From assembly GCA_002269645.1 (NCBI GenBank), contig NIVC01003930.1, positions 5,295 to 69,294 on the forward strand: 64,000 bases of DNA, in the 5' to 3' direction. Shown in pieces: positions 24,256 to 38,417 of this stretch. Position numbers and translations under genes: made by a program. The notes below the pieces were generated by a model, which was not told the origin of the DNA, ran no database searches, and saw only the letters and a list, made by a program, of their open reading frames with translations. How positions within the stretch are numbered: the first letter of the stretch is position 1; every line of letters begins with the position of its first letter. This stretch comes from Macrostomum lignano. Taxonomy: Eukaryota.

Positions 24256-26273
24256 ACTTAAAGTTTAACTTAAAGTTAAAGGCCTCCTTGTGGGGAAGCC
24301 TTCGGGCCTCAGGTCTCAGAAATAAATCAATTAGAGTCCTGGCCCCCCACTCCTGTCAGATGGTCAGCCCCATGGTAGCTTGATCGTGTGGCGAGCAGTC
24401 TAGGTCCTATAGCTAAGAGAGGGACAGCGAGAGACAAGCAGAGAGAATTTTGAAGGTAGAAATTAGTTAACCCGCAGGTTAGCTAACTCGCTGCCACCAG
24501 CCCGTACGTCCTGGCTCACCACACCGGGACTCTCGAAATCGGGCTTCCGACTAGAAGGGGCTTTGCACTTACCTGCCAACTAGTGTCTTTTTGCTGTCTA
24601 TCTCGAAGTCATAGCCGATGATAAGGGACACTGCTGGGACTTGATCGCATTGGCCATGCAGGTACAGAGGGGACTTGTGCAGGGGATTCTTGCAGTGGCG
24701 AGACTATGGGGTAGCTACATGTACTATTACATTGCGAAATACGAAGATATGTACTTTTGGCCTTCAACGCGCCAACTAGCCTCTCATAGCGCTGATGATA
24801 GACTAACTCGAACTTCAGAGACCGCATGATTCATCACCCGAGCCGCTTGGCGAACCTAGAGTGCACAAAGTACATCTCTCACTGCTCACCGATGCTCACC
24901 GATTTGGTAGATTGATCGACTGAGAACTGCCTTGCCATTGGTCCACTGCGACCGGCGCCTACTAGCTTAGCTACTCATCTGAGCCATCGGCGAACAAAGA
25001 AATAAAACAGATAAAAATAACTGTTAGATTTAACCTTCTCCTTAGATCACTTCACACTTCAGATCAAATTGGAGTTTCAGACTACTAGCAGTATTATTGA
25101 ATGACTTCTGCCTCAGCAACAGCACTACTGAACAAAATGAGCAAAAGTGTGCGCCTAATCCAGCTACTGAAACAGGGGACAGATAGGGGGTCACCCAATC
25201 AAGCAAATCTAGGTAGCCTCTCACCCAACCAATCAGAAACTCAACAGCCGGAGACCAGGTAATCCACAGTGACCGAATCGGCTTGATACTTCGCAGCTGT
25301 AGACTCGGGATGATGCTGTCACAGTCTTTGCAGATAGCTAGCAGGTGATGCTCTTCGTTTGATGTTCGCTGCTGATGACCGGGGGATTCGTCCTTGATGA
25401 TAATGGGGGGAAGTCGCAACCCGGGGATCAAGAAACGACGGTCGCGCTCCGGGATGTCTCAAGCTAGGCTAAGGTCCCAGGAGGTTGAAGTCCGAGCGGG
25501 CCAAAAACACCGGTTTAAATAGCCGCCAACTGGACCGCAGTTTGTTATAATGGAACACGTCGATTCTGATTAGCTGAGCCGTTTTGTTAAAATGAGCGTC
25601 GAATTTTCTGATTGGCTAAGCTTGTTGCTACCCAGAATCACGTGACCGAGAGATCCTATCAGTTCCCACAGGGTCGTAAAAAGATGACAGGTGCGGCCAT
25701 AAATCACTCAAAATCGCAACAAAATGATTTATGACTTTTCACGTAGGATTGACAGAAATTAATGAAAAAATATACACTAGAAAGCTCTTGTTAAATAGAA
25801 AGTGAAGACAATGCAGAGAAATCGCTAATCGCTAATCCCAAAGTACTTTTAGGGGTAAAACGCATAGCTGTCAAAGCTGTCACACGCTTGAGTGAACCCG
25901 AACAATAGGCTCTGACCTCAAAAATCTTGATGGCCTGTCAAAATGATGAGAAAAAAAAGCTACCGCCCGCATCCTCTCAGACCATCTGGCGCCCACCTCA
26001 ACACTGAGTGAGGCGCAGGTGGCTGTCAGACCAACTTCGGAAGCGATGATTTATGACCCAAAAAGCTATGCCTATGTTATTATGACTACTAGTATGACCA
26101 GACATTATATCTAGTATAGATTCTATGACTATTCACAGATAAAGGATAAAAATGCTCATTGCCCACTGTTAGTAGGCTAGTAAGTTTAGAGCCCATGTGC
26201 TAGCGCGGGGTTTGGAAAAAAGTGCGTCCTCATCAAGATGCTGAACAAGTGGCCACCAGCAGCATCAACTCAC

Positions 26274-26709
26274 CGTTGGTGTAGCTCAGCCGGAGCACCC
26301 GGTTTCGGTAGGCGCCTCCGCAGTTCTGGCCCCAGTTTCCACTGCAGACATGGTTGCACTCCCAGTCAGGAGCAGCGCCCTGCGACCCGTAGGAGTTGCC
26401 GCATGTGCACCAGTACATGGCCTGCAGAGCCGCGAACTGGAAGCCGCCCAGAGCGCAGACGCTGCTGCACAGCTCGTGAGTCATTATCCAGAAGCTGCGG
26501 ACAAAAGCGCCACTGGCATCGTTTATCGGGGATACCTCGGAGCTGCCGATCCGTGTGAGACCCAGGTGCTTCATGTCACCGACGTCTCTCACGCCATTTG
26601 TATTGTCAAAGAAGCAGCCGAGGTCCGAGGTCTGGAACTGGCGGCAGAGAGCGGCGCAGATGAGGCAGCTCAGGATCGGAGCAGTACAGAGAATCCTGCA
26701 GAGAGGCAT
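26274..26709 (-). CDS. Secreted WSC-domain protein, first coding exon
   Basis: Hydrophobic signal-like N-terminus; WSC pattern LGCF.D..MTHELCSSVC..GFQFAALQ..WCTCGN..C...CSGN..QNCGG..RNRV; donor AACG|GTGAGT after 26274. Confidence 0.85.
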
Positions 26710-27706
26710 GGCCAGGCTGGGTTTGTCAGTGCGGCATCAAGCAGAAGATTGCCGAATCTTTGTGCGAGAGAGAGGCTAAATAACAGCAGCCTTATTGATG
26801 CGTTGCCATGGAGACTCTCAGCAGGCAGCCGCTTGCATGTCGGTAAACAGCTGTCGGAGCGGCGTGAGCCGGATTGAAATCCATCAGCTCCATGCATTAA
26901 CTCGATGTGCCCTTAGCCAGAATCAGTGAGCCGAGTGACGTTGGGAGACTCGATTTGCTTTCAGTCGCAGCCGCATGAGCCTCCATCGGGATCTCTTTTC
27001 TACTGCGGGGGTGGCGCCAAGACCATTAGGCCCACCGTGTGTCTGCGTCAATAAATGAATTTAAATTTTACCACTCAGTTTGAGAGTCAAAAGGGAAAAG
27101 CAGCTTGCGGGGATAATGAATAAGAATATTAAAAAATTCATCGGTATAAATGAGAAACAAATTTCTGTTTGTGTGTTTAAGTGCGCACCTGTGTAGTCTG
27201 TATTAGCTCAGAGTATATTTGTGCTCAGAGAGATAGAGACTGAGGCATCAATGCAAATCAACTGCTGACAAACTCAATACAAGTTAATTGGAGCGAAGGT
27301 ATTCACAAGTTTTTTATCATGGACTACTCGGAAATACTCGGATTGATAATGGAAACTGCACAGAGCTGTCTGGAACAGTGAAATTTAAAAAGTAATAAAT
27401 GTAGTGACAGATGTATTAAGTGACACTGACAGTGACCGATTACAATAAAAAAGTGTCTGCCTCTCCGAGTGTCTGCTTGTCCATTTCTTTTTCCATATAC
27501 AAATATGTTTTAGTCTAAAAAATAATTTTGTCTCAAAGCAGTTAAAAAATCGTGTTAAGAAGGTAAACAGTTTAGATCAGCGCAGAACCAGAATCAGCTA
27601 TGAGAATTACTCGCCTTAAAAATACATGTACATGTATGCAGGCTTTTGAGTTACTATCTGAAACTTCGTTTTGTCTCTAAAATACAACATAGCAACATAC
27701 GAAGAG

Positions 27707-27775
27707 CAGATGTTAAACAAATGGCCATCAGCAGCAGCAACTCATCGTTGGTGCAACTCAGTTGGAGCACCCGGT
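27707..27775 (-). pseudogene. Short paralogous fragment of the WSC exon end and donor site
   Basis: Roughly 80% similar by eye to 26236-26303; the donor GT is changed to AT. Confidence 0.6.
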
Positions 27776-27830
27776 CACCTCGGCATTTCTAAAAAAAGTT
27801 TCACTTTATCAATTGATAAATATATGGATG

Positions 27831-28041
<211 letters not shown>

Positions 28042-28356
28042 TGGACAGTCAGATCAACTTTGTGTTACGTGTGACGGCACTAATTGGCACTAAGGTAAAT
28101 TCATGACATGCTTCCGGAGTAGGGAAGCACAGGATTCGTGGTGTCCTACGGATCATTTGCACAGGTATTACCGATGTCCGGTTTAGTTTCACCGGCAAAT
28201 AAAAAAGAGTTTCTCTTTTGGCTCCACAAGCAGACTCCAGCTTGCAATGATTAGCAAACAATGGTTGCTACAATATAAAAACAGCTGTACCGAAGATTGC
28301 AGCTCCAGATGTGAGTTTCTGTTCTTACCCGTAGTTTCGAGTAGGTGAATTCTAAA

Positions 28357-29746
28357 ATGACTATTTTTCTTGCGACAGCGCTGTTGCTTCTGCTAGTTGA
28401 AAAATCTACAGCCAGCGACGTAGTCCAGTTCGAGAAGGTTAAAATGTGTCCAAAATCGGTTGACCCAAAGCTGCAAATTACAAATACGATGCAGTGTGCT
28501 CGAGTCTGCAGTGCTCAGACCCTGTGCAAAGGATTTCACTTTAGTCCTGGAACTGCAGGCGCTTGCTACCTGGCAATGTCGGAGTGCTCCATGATAGCGC
28601 GCTGGTCAGCCGGGAACTGCAAGTCATATCGCAAGGTGTCCGCTGGCAAGGGTGAGGATTTTTTATGAGACTCTTCTTCGAAGGGGAACTTGAGGGGCAC
28701 TGTAGCTTGGCAGTAGTAGTTGTCTGACTTTCGCGTCATAACTCTTGGTTCGTTTCTGCGCGCGGCCAATCTCATTTGTGGACGTTGGGGCTTGCCGAGA
28801 CACACAGAGGCTGGGGCTGGCCAGTGTTATTTCTTCAGTTATTTTCCTACAGTGCATATGCCTGACGATCAGAAAGTCCTCGTACAGTATTGGCTCGTAT
28901 ATGCCCAGGAGTCAACGGAATAGACAAAGGCATTGCGCGAGGGTGCCAGCAAACCTTTCTGGAATATTTAAATTATCTATTAGGGAAACTTCAAAATTTT
29001 TCCAGAGACGAGATCGCGGATGTTCAAGCAGCTGCAGGTGAAGCTCTTCTACAGCTTCAGGCGGAGCGGCCTGGTGAACGAAGTGGATCCCAGCCAGTTT
29101 TGCCTACTCTCCGGCAATGTGCCAATTGGTACTGACGGAGCTGAGTTCAAGAATCACATCAGCTCTTACCTGATTGCTCAAACTCCGGGGTTCGAGCATT
29201 TGATAGGGAATCAAAACGCTTACTCATTCTTCATGCGAGTTCGGCATCGAGTCACGAGTGAAACGTGAGAAACGTTTTCTTGTTTACTAAAACTTAACTT
29301 CCGAGGTAATAGAACGACTCCCCTACTCCTGTTGTTTAAGTGAACACGGATACTTCATGTTTCGACAGTCATCCAAGAGTTCGCCACCAGGACTGCTGCT
29401 TAAGAGTTTCAATGGGGCTCTACTATCAATTCTCTGGACTTCGCGCAGTGACTTCCAGACGATGCAAGCTTCAAAGAAGTTGCCAAATCTTGAACAACCT
29501 GCTGAGCTGTCAATTGGCTATCAGTTCAATGGGACAACGTACGAGGCCTACTGGAACCGCTCCCTGCTGCCGATGCCAATTATCAGCTCCGAAACATTTT
29601 CCGCACCTGGCAGCGTATTCGAGCGTCTGCAGCTCGGCTGCGTTCTGCCGATCGTCTCGTGTCTCAATGGCAGCATGGCTTGCTTTGCGATGAGCACCAG
29701 AGCTCTGAGTCCTGAAGAGTTTCAACTGATGGAAGAATTCTGCTAA
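28357..29746 (+). CDS. Secreted PAN + LamG/concanavalin-like protein, paralogue A; exons 28357-28651, 29006-29264, 29341-29746
   Basis: Signal peptide MTIFLATALLLLLVEKSTA; PAN Cys pattern; LamG-like FCL..DGAEF..SSYL..LQLG..LNGSMACFAM..RALS.EE. Phase 1 and phase 2 GT-AG introns checked manually. Confidence 0.75.
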
Positions 29747-30211
29747 CCAGCTGCTTATTTTAATCTGCTATTCAATAAGACTCGAAATGAAGTTACAATT
29801 GGCACGCCAAGCAATAGTAAACCTTAGTAAACCTTAAAATAGACGTTTTACGAATCCAAAATCCTCAGTTTCTCGGCCGCCCTCTTGGAAGTAACGAATA
29901 AAACAACTCCTAAGTACGCTCGCAATTTACTTCTCGTGGTGACCTAATTGGTCGCAATCGCTTTTCGCATCCTGTTTTCTCTGGGTTTTTGCTTTCATCA
30001 GCTAGGCAGCCGACCAAATGATGACAACTTAAATGTACTTCAATTAAGAAAGGAGTCAAGGCAAGTCAGATTATAAGTGGCAGAGCTGCAATATCGTTCG
30101 AGGTTTGGAAAGCGATTACATGTACATGTAATTTAGAAGTGTCCTGAAATTCTAGGTCTTGAGGACGAACACTAAGGCCATAATGCACAATGAGTTGTGT
30201 AGCATCGTACC

Positions 30212-30309
30212 CAAGGACAACTTGATAACTCAGGACCGGAAACGAGCCAATTCATGGCGAAAAAAAGTATGAGGCTCGTTTCTGGTCCTGAGTTATCAAG
30301 TTGTCCTTG
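30212..30309. other. Near-perfect 37-bp inverted repeat with 24-nt spacer (hairpin)
   Basis: CAAGGACAACTTGATAACTCAGGACCGGAAACGAGCC (30212-30248) pairs with GGCTCGTTTCTGGTCCTGAGTTATCAAGTTGTCCTTG (30273-30309), with one G.T wobble. Confidence 0.85.
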
Positions 30310-30852
30310 AGTTCAACTGAGTAAAGACAGTGGACTTGATAGAATAAGCGATACCTCGGTTTCGTTATGTACCGCAATACTACTCGAATTTTTAACCATG
30401 CAAACGAAAACTATGATTTTAACTTGATTTCTGCTTTTTGTAAATTCGAAGATTTTCAACGGTGTGATTTAGCTGGTATAACATGAAAAGAATGATTTAT
30501 TCCTGAAAATGAAATACAAAAGACTATCTTGCGATATAACGAGATTCTTTGTTTGACGGACGTGCGAAAGCTTTCTACTCAGTATTTAAACAGGAGCCGT
30601 GATATTTATTCGTCTTTTTCACATTGTTATTCGCCTTGGTTCCAAACACAAAATTCTGCGCGAGGATAATTCAAGGAAATCCAAGTCCCGTGCACGACAA
30701 AAGCAAGCAGATCTGGTGATATGTCAGAAAGAAAATCAAGAGCAGGAGAAATTCGACGTCGAGCAGGAGAAACACAATTTTTTAGATCATGCAATTTCTT
30801 TGCGATAACACGAGTTAGAGATTCACTTTTCAATCTCAGTCCTCATCGCTGG

Positions 30853-32043
30853 TTAATCACTAGTGTTGGTGCAGAAGTCCTCCAGCTCTTTGAAGTCTTC
30901 CTGATTCAATATTTTCGAGCTCATGCCATAGCAGTAAAGAGAGCCATTTAGACTGATAGAGGAGTCTGGAGAATATCCCAGTTTTAGACAGTCAAAACTA
31001 GATGGATTAACTGAAGCTCCGGGTTGCATCGGATGAGCCTTCTTGAAGTTGTCATACACCGAGCCGTTAAAGTAGAAGTGCTGGTAGGCAGTTCTGTTGT
31101 AAGCGCAACCGACAGACAGCAGGGCTGGCTGAGTGGTCTCAGGCAGGAAAGTCTCAGACTCGGCCAGGAACCTCTTGTAGTCGCCCTGAGTCCAGTACGA
31201 ATAGCCGTAAATGAAGTTCGAACGCTTAGCAAATGAATTGCTTCTTTCAGGAGAGCTGCCACAGCTCCAGAACGAATGATAGTATTGATACCTGAAATTT
31301 ATTGGCAGTTTTGGAATTCATACATGTAGTTGACTCAACGTTCATGCATACTGTAAATTTGAACAGTAACCTATTAATTAATTAGAAGGCAACGTACTCG
31401 CAATCCATGACATGCCGAACCAGAAGGTAAAACGAGTAACTCTTCCCATAGTCGAGGTATTCATTAAATCCTGGAGTCTCCGCGCTCAGGTAAGAACTCG
31501 GGCTGCCCTTGAACCCGGCTCCGTCACTGCCGACTGTCACATCGTGCGCTTTCAAACAGAATCGCCTCGAGTCCACCTCGTTCACCAAACCATTCTTCTT
31601 GAACCGGTAAAACAGCAGCAGCTGTAGGCGCTTGAAGAATGTCGATTTTCGGTCTGAAGAGAATGAGCGTCCGAGAGTGCAAGCGATACATGCAGTTGAT
31701 ACAATGCTTTGTACAGTAGCTCGTACTTGAAATATGCGATGCACTTACCCTTTACATTGCTGACAACATGGCCTGGAAAGTACACGTGCGAGTCGCATGC
31801 TCCAGCAGTCCACAGCATTTTATTTGCGCAGGCGTCTCCAATGTAGCAGATCCGGCTTATCCTGTCGAAATGAAACGCGTCGCAAAGCTTATCAGCGCTG
31901 CACGCAGCGGCGCACTGGATTTTACTGCTCAGCTTTATCTGCCGTATCTGCTCAGAAGCTGGGCAAAGTTTAGTCTTTTTAAACTGGAAATTTGCAGCTG
32001 AAGCGTAGCGGATTTTAAAAAATATCTCAATGAGAATAAGCAT
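30853..32043 (-). CDS. Secreted PAN + LamG/concanavalin-like protein, paralogue B; exons 32043-31749, 31653-31398, 31291-30853
   Basis: PAN Cys pattern (CAAAC...C.AFHF...CY). Shares LFY.F...GLVNEVD...FCL..DGA.F..SSYL.A.TPGF and LNGS..C with paralogue A, and has the same intron positions and phases. Confidence 0.75.
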
Positions 32044-34879
32044 GACAACGCAGGCAGCTGCAGACGTACAGAACGTTTTTAATTCCAGCTTGGACATTTA
32101 AATCGGATGCCGACCAATGCGTATTTTCTCGGAAGCGAACTGATGGAGAAGCGATTTCTTTCATTTCCTTTCTAACTGGAGTTTTTATACTAGAATCCAG
32201 TTGTGTATTGGTCTTTTGAAATGTCAATTTTACTATTGTTTGAAAGCTTTTAGCTGTATTGATCGTGAAGACAAAAATCTTCAAAATCGATGCGAGCTTG
32301 CAAAAATAAAAGCCTAAGTTATTGCAGCACTACAATATGGGTTCAGGATGCCAGCTTTTACCGAGTAGCTCTTATATGCGGCTGCAAAGTCAACGTAAAA
32401 ACTTGACGCTTTTTAGTTCTGCTTTTCATTCATTTAACGGTTGGCTTGAGCCTTGAATTTACAAAACACAGGAGTACATGTAGTCATGAAAAGTTTGGCA
32501 ATCCAGCTAGAGTAGTATATGCATGGTGCCATAGCAGCACAGCAGCTCTTTCGTTCACTTGTGCCCTGCAAGAAGACAGATGTACATGTTTTTTAATAGG
32601 TGGTAAATAACACTGTACTATTAGATATTCAAAATCAATGCTCGGGATCGATGAAGAGCAAAAGCAAGAATAAACGGGGTCACAAAACATGCCTGACTAG
32701 CTACCTTACGTTCTACAAACTGCGTGCAGCACAATTAAAATTCAGCAGCCCCTGCAGTGCAGGCAAGCTGCAGCGTCAGCATAGTGACAGCTCTATGAGG
32801 GCTCTAAACGATCCGTATTCTTCACGTACGCTTCATGCATCTTGAAGTTGCATGATCAGTAACAAAAATCACATATAGTACAAGTCGGAATCGAAATAAA
32901 CGCACGGCGAGTGCCCTAGCTTGCATTTGCTGCCTCAATTCTTTCTGTCGTAAGTCCGGGCCGCGCGGAAGAAGTCGGATATACATGTAGATTGAGATGC
33001 CCTGCCTGATACATGTAGTACATGTATGTGCCGTCTCAACAATTTGGACAACTTCAGCTAACTCCGTACACTAGGCCCTATCTGCTGCATCTACATGTAA
33101 AAGCTCTCGAAACCAGCTGGGTGAAATGTTTCCGCGCTCCTACCAGACAGGCCTTTAACTACATGTAATAGCAGCTATGAACCAAGAGCTTGACACGATC
33201 ATAATAATTACTGCTGTAGCAAAACTATATGCACCACTACAAGCGCAAGGTGCTTCTTAATTTGCTCATCCTGCAGCGACTATACGATCACTAGAACGAT
33301 AAAACTTGCTGAAGCAGTCTCATATATAGGCAATCAGTTTGCACTAATTTTATATGTAGATAGTACATAGTAATGGCACACCTTGTTGAAAAAATGGGTT
33401 GTCTGCCTTGAAAAAGTAAATTAAAAAAAATTAGATTTAGCCAAAGCCGCGAATGGTATTTTATTCTTAAAGGAGTATACATTTCTAATGTTCCCGTGCA
33501 TCCATTCAAAAGTGAAATTGTTTGGAACAGTGGCCTTCAAAACATTTTCCATTATATTTTGAGTGTTGGTCCTTCTCTTTAGTAGTCCGGACATATAAAT
33601 ACGACTAAGGTGTCCATACTGTTAAATAAAAACCAATATAAAAATTAGATAATTTTAATGGTAGTTAGGGCTGGAAGAATAAAACGGAAACCACCTGTTG
33701 AACATTTTGTGAGGCATTGGCTTCCGGAAGATAGTGTTGATTTGAGTTAGTTTTCTTAATATATTTAAATAACAATTTATTTTTATTTTAAATAATTTTA
33801 CCTCTCAATACTATATATTAGTAAATCAGTATTTAAAAAAGAGTTTACAGTTTGTTAAAAAAAAAAGTAAAAAAATTTAACAGTAGAATTTTACCAAAAT
33901 TCTACGATTTTGTTTTAAAATTTCACATCGTTGCTGCTCAGTGCTCGTCCTAGGGCCTTTTCATATTGCTTGCTCTGGTTCCAGAACCAGACCCAATTTG
34001 TGAAGTATAACTTTTTGTCTCCATAACTAGACGAAGATACGTACTATAAAGTTTTTATTATTGAATGACAATCGCCAAGAAGAAAGTGAAAAATTGTGCT
34101 AAGTTAGGTTGTTAAGGCAGTCAAATATTAACAGAGTTTAATAGTTATACTGCTGTTTTTCTTGGAATTCCGAACCGATTCTTGTTCTGGAATTGGTAAT
34201 ATGAAAAGGCCCCTAGACATAGACACTTACTTCTATTGTTGTGCACTTGTTAGTGACAGTATGTTCATGCACAGGGGCTAGGGCATCGTCCCTGTGTGCA
34301 CTCTAGAGGCACTATTGTTATGGTTGGGTGCCTATCTGTTAGCATGTTTAGTTTAGGTTAGCCTAGTATAAATTGAATATATACACTATACAGTAACAGC
34401 AGTACAGTACTATGTTATATAGTCCTGTTTAATAACAATCAATATTATTTAACACCCAGTCGTAAGTATCATTTTTGACCATTTCACAGTGAAATTTTCA
34501 CCTAACTCAAGCCAAGGTGCATGCTGTATGATCATTTTGCCTGTGTTAGTTTGAAATATCTATCTAGACCTATTTAGGTGTAGTTAATTTTTTAATGCCT
34601 TTTCCAGAATGCAGTATGCCAAAATTAGGTTAGGCCTTTATTTGGAACATTAATTTAGTGAAGTCACTTTAATGAACATTGAACAAAATTTCAGCAGATT
34701 CATTTTAGGCCATATTCCTGAAGATGATATTTTGGAAGGAAATTCTTAGTCCTATGTGGAACAAATTCTTAAAGACCTAATTTTTAGAGTAGACTTAGAC
34801 TATAACTTTTTAATTTTCTTTGTAAATATTCTAATGATATGCTTTGCAATATCATAGTTAAGAATTTGGCATGTGTGCA

Positions 34880-35465
34880 TTTGAATTAAAGGCAATAGTG
34901 CAGTTTCATTTGCGAAATTATTTTTCATTTAAATTTGAAAGTTCAAAACCAGAAAACAATAACAACAATGTTTTAAACCATTCTAGCAACTGGTCCAGAG
35001 CTCATTGGTCACGGAAATTTAAAGCAAATGGGCGCTCTATTCAAATACTTTTTTTCATTAAATCTGTGCCATACTCGAATGCTACTTGAAACGCAAGTTG
35101 TCTATGGAAAAAATAGTTAAAAAAATCAAAATGGGGCTCAAGTGGGAGGGGGGCTTGAACTATTTCCCTTTAGCTGAGAAGCTGCTAATATCTACTTTTT
35201 CTTTTGGACAACATATTGCATCATGGCTAGATGAACACTAAGACCCTCATAGATAATTCCACCAAATGAAGTGCTGCTAGCAAATGCTCTACCCCAAATA
35301 GAGCTAAATTCGCGCAACCTGATAGCTGCCACGGTCTTTGCCACAATCGTTAGAATAGTTTAAAATATCATTTTTTTTGTTGTTATTGTTTTCTGGTTTC
35401 CAACTTCAAATTTAAACGAAAAATAATTTCGCGAACAAAACTATACTATTGCCGAATTAAATTTG
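34880..35465. repeat. Imperfect inverted repeat pair (about 90 bp arms), probable MITE remnant
   Basis: GCGAAATTATTTTTCATTTAAATTTGAAAGTTCAAAACCAGAAAACAATAACAAC (about 34912-34967) is the approximate reverse complement of about 35378-35432. Confidence 0.6.
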
Positions 35466-36178
35466 GGAAGAGGTCCATTAGAGCCATAGGCCTAGTTAGG
35501 ATCATGCCATAGTCCATTTCATGCTTGGAGTTATACTGGAGAAAAACTGATGAAATTTCATCATTTACGCTAGAGTTATGCCAGGCTTATGCACCACATG
35601 GCACACACTAGGCATAATACCTAGACTAAGGTGCAACAGTTTGTAGGAACATTTTTTATTTCAAAAAAGTTTATTAATGATTTTATTTGTATATTAAAGT
35701 TAAAACCTTAGAAACATATAAATAATAAAAACAGAATAACATAAAAGTTTTGCATTACAATTTAATTTCTAGATTTTTAATTTTGTCTTACTTTATACAA
35801 ATTATAAAATGTGTAGTTATTTAAATTCTCCATTTTATTCAAATACTTTAAATAAGTTACAGTAATTGAAACATGGTTGATTGGCCAGTTGCGTTTATTT
35901 TTGGTCAGGGAAATAAACCAAAAGATTATCTATAGTTGTTTTTATTATGCCCATCATTTATGCCAGTCTATTTTTCTATTAAATCTTACCCCAAGCATTT
36001 ATGCCAAGACTAATTTTTGTCTAGAATTGTTAACTGTAATGAAATGGACTATGGGGATCATCATATACCTGTGCCAGAACAAATCTATTAAAAAGTTTGT
36101 TTGTGCCATATGGTACAAAACTTTTTTTAAAAATTACTAAATTAGTAATTTTTTATTTGAAAAATGCTAGTAAAACTA

Positions 36179-37477
36179 TAATGAATTAGTTGCCAAGAAG
36201 TCTCATTTGAATATTTGAATCGTCAGTTGAGACCAGAGTGCCAAATCAGAGTGGCAAACTCTTACAAGCGATATTAATTATATATTAGTTACATTGAGCA
36301 ATAAAACAAACTACATTATAAAACAATTATGCAAAACTATATAAATATGAGTACATACACTAAAAAGTACAGTAAATGCAGAAATAGAATACAAATATGA
36401 AATACAAATAATTCAGTAAGAAATAAGTACAAAATATGATTCCTTTTAAAATAGATATGGAGATACATTAACATTATCCTCCTCTTGGAAAGGACTATGT
36501 CCACATTGTCAATAAAAGTACAAAAAAGTACGATACAAATTAATGAAAATAACTATTAAATATATAGTAAATTAATAGATAAAATTGAAATTATTAGAAC
36601 AAATTTAATTGCTTTCCCAACTATGCATTCAATATGAGAATAGCAGAACACATTAACAAAAAACAATGTAATGGTCTGGTACCTTATAAGAAGCAAATTA
36701 AACAGACAATACATAGACCAGAACCTAATAAAGAAAACAGAGCCCTGGGTTCTCCCCATTACAACCAGCACAGAGCACAAACAATATGGATCAAGTAAAA
36801 ATACTTTACAAAAAAATACTTTTACACACTTTTGTGATGCACTGCCATTGGGTGACACTTTACAAAATGAACAGTTACATTAAAAAATAATTATTAATAT
36901 TATTTGAAAATTAAGTACATTATGGCAATTGCCAAAATACAGTATAAAGTACATATGATATGAAAGAATACAAGTACTAAGTGGAATTGCTCTACAGTAC
37001 AATTGAAACAACACAGATTCAATATCTTCTAATCTTTGGACGCCTGCACTCATGGAGTCATGGTATCTCTGCTGTCATTGGCTGGCTTTTTGGTGTTGGC
37101 TTGCATTGATTCGCTGTTTGCTAGATGTCAGAAGGATCTAGCAGAGTCCCATTGTGGAATCTGGGTCCTGGCGTGGTTGCCAATGTAATGAATTAGTTGC
37201 CGAGAAGTCTCATTTGAATATTTGAATCGTCAGTTGAGACCAGAGTGCCAAATCAGAGCGGCGAACTCTTACAAGCAATATTTATTATATATTAGTTACA
37301 TTGAGCAATAAAACAAACTACATTATAAAACAATTATGCAAAATTATATAAATACGAGTACATACACTAAAAAGTACAGTAAATGCAGAAATAGAATACA
37401 AATATGAAATACAAATAATACAATGAGAAATAAGTACAAAATATGATTCCTTTTAAAATAGATATAGAGATACATTA
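36179..37477. repeat. About 290-bp direct duplication (36179-36468 and 37186-37477)
   Basis: Both copies start TAATGAATTAGTTGCC(A/G)AGAAGTCTCATTTG and end ...GATACATTA, with few differences. Confidence 0.85.
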
Positions 37478-38417
37478 CAAAACATATTTGAATATATTTC
37501 ATAAAAAAGGAAATGTTTATATAAATTAATTCAAATAGCTATTGATATTTTGGCAAACAAAATGTGCTGATAAAAAGAAATTATAAGCTAATTTTTTGAC
37601 AAAGAAAGTATTGTCTCATCTAAAATTTTTGTCTTAAATACTAAATTGTATAGATTTCTTTACTTATACTATATTGTGCCTAATTTTTCTCTTGCCTGCT
37701 GTGCTAGAATACATTGGCATGGCGCTTGGCAAATGTCTAGTATTAAGCAAGTTACTCTGAAAAACAGGGTGCCCACACCTTCCTTTATCTCCTTTATCTC
37801 CTTCATTCTCTTTTTTTGGCAAACCCCTCCTTTATTTTCTTTATTTAGAAGATTTTTAGAACTTTCTCCTTTATTTTAGCCACTTTGGCTCCTAGGATTT
37901 TTAGCACTTATACTTAAATGTATTATTAGTTTAGGGTCCGTTTAAATAATAATTTTTAATAAGAGTATTCTATTGACTTATATTATTTTCCTAGGCAAAG
38001 TTAGTTAACAATTGGACAAACTTTATAGTATCAACCCTAAGTTAGCCACAATATCAGATATGGAACTGTTCAGCAGTGGCAGCAGAGCCTAATATTTTAA
38101 AAGGGGCACTAGGCACAGGGCAAGGAAGGCACAGGTACCTTTGTAATTGTTAATTAGGGTCTAAAATCAGAAAAAGCACTAAAATAACCACATAGACTCA
38201 TTTTTTGGGGGGGGGGGGGGGGGGGCATGTGCCCCCAGTGCCGCAAGCTCCCGCCGCCTATGCTGTGAAGCTAGGAATATACAAGTTCTTCTTAGGATGG
38301 CAAATTGGCTAGAAAGATAATGTGATCAAAGAAGTCAACAAATAGGCCATAGAATAAAACAATCATGAGAGTACAACTGGCTTTTGAAGTAGGGATTGGC
38401 AGATTTTTATCTCAAAG

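Noticed and set aside
24256-25600. Element-like sequence with CTGATGA (hammerhead-core-like) at about 24792
   Set aside because: The downstream GAAA core and stems could not be built, and no LTR or TIR boundaries were found.
38206-38225. Poly-G run as a G-quadruplex element
   Set aside because: Looks like part of a common degenerate dispersed repeat, and homopolymer length is unreliable.
33900-38400. Possible decayed transposase or Helitron in the AT-rich region (similarity to 46700-46900)
   Set aside because: Only patchy nucleotide similarity; no protein motif could be confirmed.
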